Under the pieces are notes generated by a model. That model was not told the DNA's origin. It saw only the letters and a list, made by a program, of their open reading frames with translations, and did no database searches. Positions 60,802 through 64,000 of a DNA stretch of 64,000 nt are shown one piece after another (within the stretch, counting starts at the first letter, position 1; every line of letters starts with the position of its first letter). A program made the translations under genes and the position numbers. Source of the DNA: Prorocentrum cordatum (lineage: Eukaryota); NCBI GenBank assembly GCA_963575745.1, contig CAUYUJ010000002.1, forward strand, positions 1,302,001 to 1,366,000, written 5' to 3'.

Positions 60802-62107
60802 AGCCTGTTCCCCCCGCGTTGGAGCGGAAGACGGCGGGCCCAGTTCGCTCCGACCAGTGGCCAGAGGGCCTCATCTGGAGGGCTCCGCCACGGGGGCACT
60901 GGCTCATCGGCTGAGTGTCAGGCCCACACCAGGGATGGAGCTTGCCTATCGTCCTGGCGTTATTTGCACCAGGGGTAGGCATTGCCGAGTTGTCCTGGCG
61001 TCGCCTAGTTTATTTTAGTACGATCGTGCGCACACGCGGTTGCACGAGTATGAGGCGCCCCAATTGTGGGGGAAAATGCGCCGCACGTTTGTTGGGTACA
61101 TCCTGTGGGTTTGCACGGGGGTGGGTTCCCACCCTGACCGTTGCTACGCCTCGGGGCTTTGCGCGTGTCTTTCCCCAAGCACAGCTGTGTTGACGGTTTA
61201 CCGTCCTGGCGTTCCTTACACCAGGGGTCAGCTTCGCACATTTTCTGTCATCCAAGCAGTCTTTCTTTGTGCGCACGTACGAGCGCGTTTGCACGTGTAT
61301 CAGGCACCCCAACTCGTGGGAGAAGGTGCACTGCACGCGTGGTGAGCTTTCTCAGTGGTCTCGCACGGGGGTGGAGGTCGGACCCAGGTCGTCCGCCCTG
61401 ACCGTTGCTAGGCCACTGGCCCGTCGAGCTCCTGGCTCAGGGCTGGGGTTGTTTTGAGGCTTGGGCTTCTAGGGGAGGTGCAGGTTACGCAGCCTGCCGT
61501 GGTACCCGAGCCTTGGGGTACCTCCTTTATCATTGCCCTCCACCCTTTTTCTTCGTGCTCAGGGGGTGTTGTGGGCTCGGTCGGCGTGGGGGTGCAGGTT
61601 ACGCAGCCTGCCTTGGAACCCGAGCCTTGGGGTTCCCCCCCGCCGCCGTTGCCCCTCTCCCCCATCCCATTTTTCTTTGGGGATCGTGCGTCCCAGTGCA
61701 CGGCCAGGAGGGCCACGCGGAAACCGGGGCGACCGTCGCATGGGGAAGTCAGTGGGAGCTTTGAGCACGGGGGCACTCTGGCCCCGACCGTTGCTCGTTC
61801 CCACTTTCCCCTAGTTGGAGGGGGCTGCCTCCATGGGCGCAACGCCGTCTTGTGTGGCCTGGTTGCGCCAAACGAGCGTTCACAGAGGATGTATACCTCA
61901 GCTGCGCCTTAGCCTACTTGTGGCTAGAGGCGCAGAGGCAGAGTGTTTCAACGCGCTCTCTGCCTCACCCCAGGTCTTTGTCTGCAGGAACCCCCTTCGG
62001 GTCCTGCAGCCTTTGGGTGCATGCTTCTTAGAAGCTGCACCACCTGGCCTGTCCATGGCAGCTCAGTGCTGTCTTTGGCACCGCGGTCGATGTCCACGGC
62101 AAAAAAA

Positions 62108-62585
62108 TCATCATCATCGTCATCATCTTCATCTTCATCATCATCATCATCAGCATCGTCATCATCATCATCATCGTCATCATCATCACCATCATCATCG
62201 TCATCATCATCGTCATCATCATCGTCAGCATCATCACCATCATCATACTCATAATCAGCATCGATATCATCACCACCACCATGATCATAAGCATCAACAG
62301 CACCGTCTTCATCATCATCAGCATCATCACCACAATCATCAATACCACCACCATCATCCTCATCAGCATCAGCATCATCACCATGTTACCATCCGCATCA
62401 TGGTGACGATCATCATCACCACCATCATCAGCGTCAGCATCATCGCCATCATCATTATCGTCATCACCACCAGCACACCAGCATCACCATCATGATCATC
62501 AGCAGCAACCTTATCATCGTCATCATCGTCATCTTCATCGTCATCTTCATCGTCATCTTCAGCAAGACTAGCAACAACATCACCA
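62108..62585. repeat. Degenerate (CAT)n tract
   Basis: Direct inspection. Confidence 0.96.
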
Positions 62586-63169
62586 CCCCCCCCAGGCTTC
62601 CGCAGGCCAGCGAGGTGATGCCGCGCAAGTGCTCCACCGCCCTCACCAGACCCCAGCCGCATGCCTGGCAGAGCCATATCAGGAGCGCGGCTCCGCTGCG
62701 GTTCTTGCCTGGGGTCGTCCAGAACCAAGTTTAACAGTAAGCCTACGCGTCACCTTCATGCCCCCTCCTCGCCCCTCCTCTTCCCCCACATCCTCCTTAT
62801 CCTCCTCCTCCTTCTTTTCCTCGTCCTCCTCCTACTTTTTTTGGATTTCCTCCTGTAGAGGTTGTGTCCGAGCTGTGTGGGCCATGCACACTTGAAACAA
62901 GAAATCGCCAGCTTCCCAACTGATGGGAAGGGGACCCCTCGATGCTACAGCGTCGCACCGAGGCCGGCACAACCAAGGCAAGTCGGCGAGAACGTGGGGA
63001 GGAGGAAAACGAGACGACGACGAGGACGACAAGCGGACCAGCCACGAGACCAGGAAAGGCGAGAAAGACGAGGGACACGAAGAGGAACGACGAGAGGGGG
63101 ACGTCGGCTCATGAGAGCCCGGAGGCCGCAGAACGGCCACAGGGCACGGAGGAAAAAGCCGCGCGCCAG

Positions 63170-63567
63170 TAACCCCAGGAAGCATTTAAGAACCCCCCCG
63201 GCGATATCTTAGCACCGCATTTTTATTCGATATTCCGAGGGGCCGAAATAACCGCACGATAGGTTTAGCACCCGGACACACAACAAATTCGCGGAGGCCT
63301 GGCCCCTGGGCTACTGACAGGCCTTGGGCCCCGAGGGAAGGAGGGGGGCGCGGGAGGAGGAGGAGGAGGAGGAGGAGGAGGAGGAGGAGGAGGAGGAGGA
63401 GGAGGGGGCAGGAGGAAGTTCGTGGGTGGAGGAGAGGAGGAGGAGGAGGATGAGGAGGAGGAGGAGGAGGAGGGCTCCTGGTGCCAGGTAACGCTTCCAG
63501 GGTGCGGAAGGGTTATCGATTTGCCGGAAGGGGGGGGGGGGGGGTTCTTAAATGCTTCCTGGGGTTA
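63170..63567. mobile_element. MITE family C (perfect 30-bp inverted ends including the outer TA; internal (GAG)n)
   Basis: TAACCCCAGGAAGCATTTAAGAACCCCCCC at 63170-63199 and its exact reverse complement ending at 63567. The outer TA dinucleotides may be the TSD. Confidence 0.85.
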
Positions 63568-64000
63568 GCCGCGGCCCGCCCACGCGGCGCGCGGCACGCT
63601 GCGTGCTTCGATGCCTCGGACCAGGCACGCGGGAGGGAACAGGGGAGGAGGGGGGAAAGGAGGAGGAGGACGAGGAGGAGGAGGAGGGGGGAGAAAACAC
63701 AAGAAACTGGACAGACGAAGGTGTGCGGCCCGTCTCTCCGGCGCGCAGACTCGCGACGGCCTGAAAAAAAAAGGGTGCACATTTGTACCGACGGATTTCC
63801 GTACAGAGGACCCGGCACACATGGGGGGAGGAGGAGGGAGGAGGAGAAGGGACGGCAACGGCAGCGCCTGCTGGGGCGCGCGGCAGGACACTTCGCGCCA
63901 GCGCGCGGCCTCCAGAGGAGAAAAGATTGCACCGGCAGCCTCCGGGCCCAGGAGAAGAGGGAGGACGGGGAGGAGGAGGAAGGAGGAGGGGGAGGGAGGA

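Larger units (their letters stand above)
58942..62107 (+). mobile_element. 5'-truncated LINE (LINE-C): RNase H, Cys/His tail, ~1.3-kb 3' UTR and short A7 tail; 5' boundary uncertain
   Basis: RNase H ORF homologous to LINE-B. A7 at 62101-62107 is directly followed by (CAT)n, and (CAT)n also lies upstream. Confidence 0.7.

Overview
Repeat-dominated, GC-rich eukaryotic DNA with no intact host gene that I can recognise. A dinoflagellate origin is inferred from spliced-leader-like relics, a GC-AG intron and the repeat landscape. (1) There are at least four non-LTR retrotransposon (LINE) copies. One is nearly intact at about 2.0-8.2 kb (zinc-finger/coiled-coil ORF1; ORF2 with APE endonuclease, RT, CCHC-like finger, RNase H and a Cys/His tail). 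The others are a decayed full-length copy at 17.9-24.4 kb, a 5'-truncated RNase H/3' UTR copy at 58.9-62.1 kb, and a minus-strand APE remnant at 11.4-13.2 kb. (2) There is a family of six Helentron/Helitron2-like rolling-circle element copies. They are defined by asymmetric inverted repeats (CCCAACCA...TGGTTGGG) and terminal hairpins, and carry internal 90-bp or 102-bp tandem arrays. Three copies retain the 3' part of a Pif1-like helicase, and two of these share a hairpin-ended GC-AG intron that the third lacks. (3) There are at least three MITE families. (4) Microsatellites and minisatellites are abundant (CCT, CAT, 5-, 9-, 11- and about 110-bp units), and there is a 100-N assembly gap. Most long ORFs in the supplied track are artefacts of these repeats or antisense shadows.
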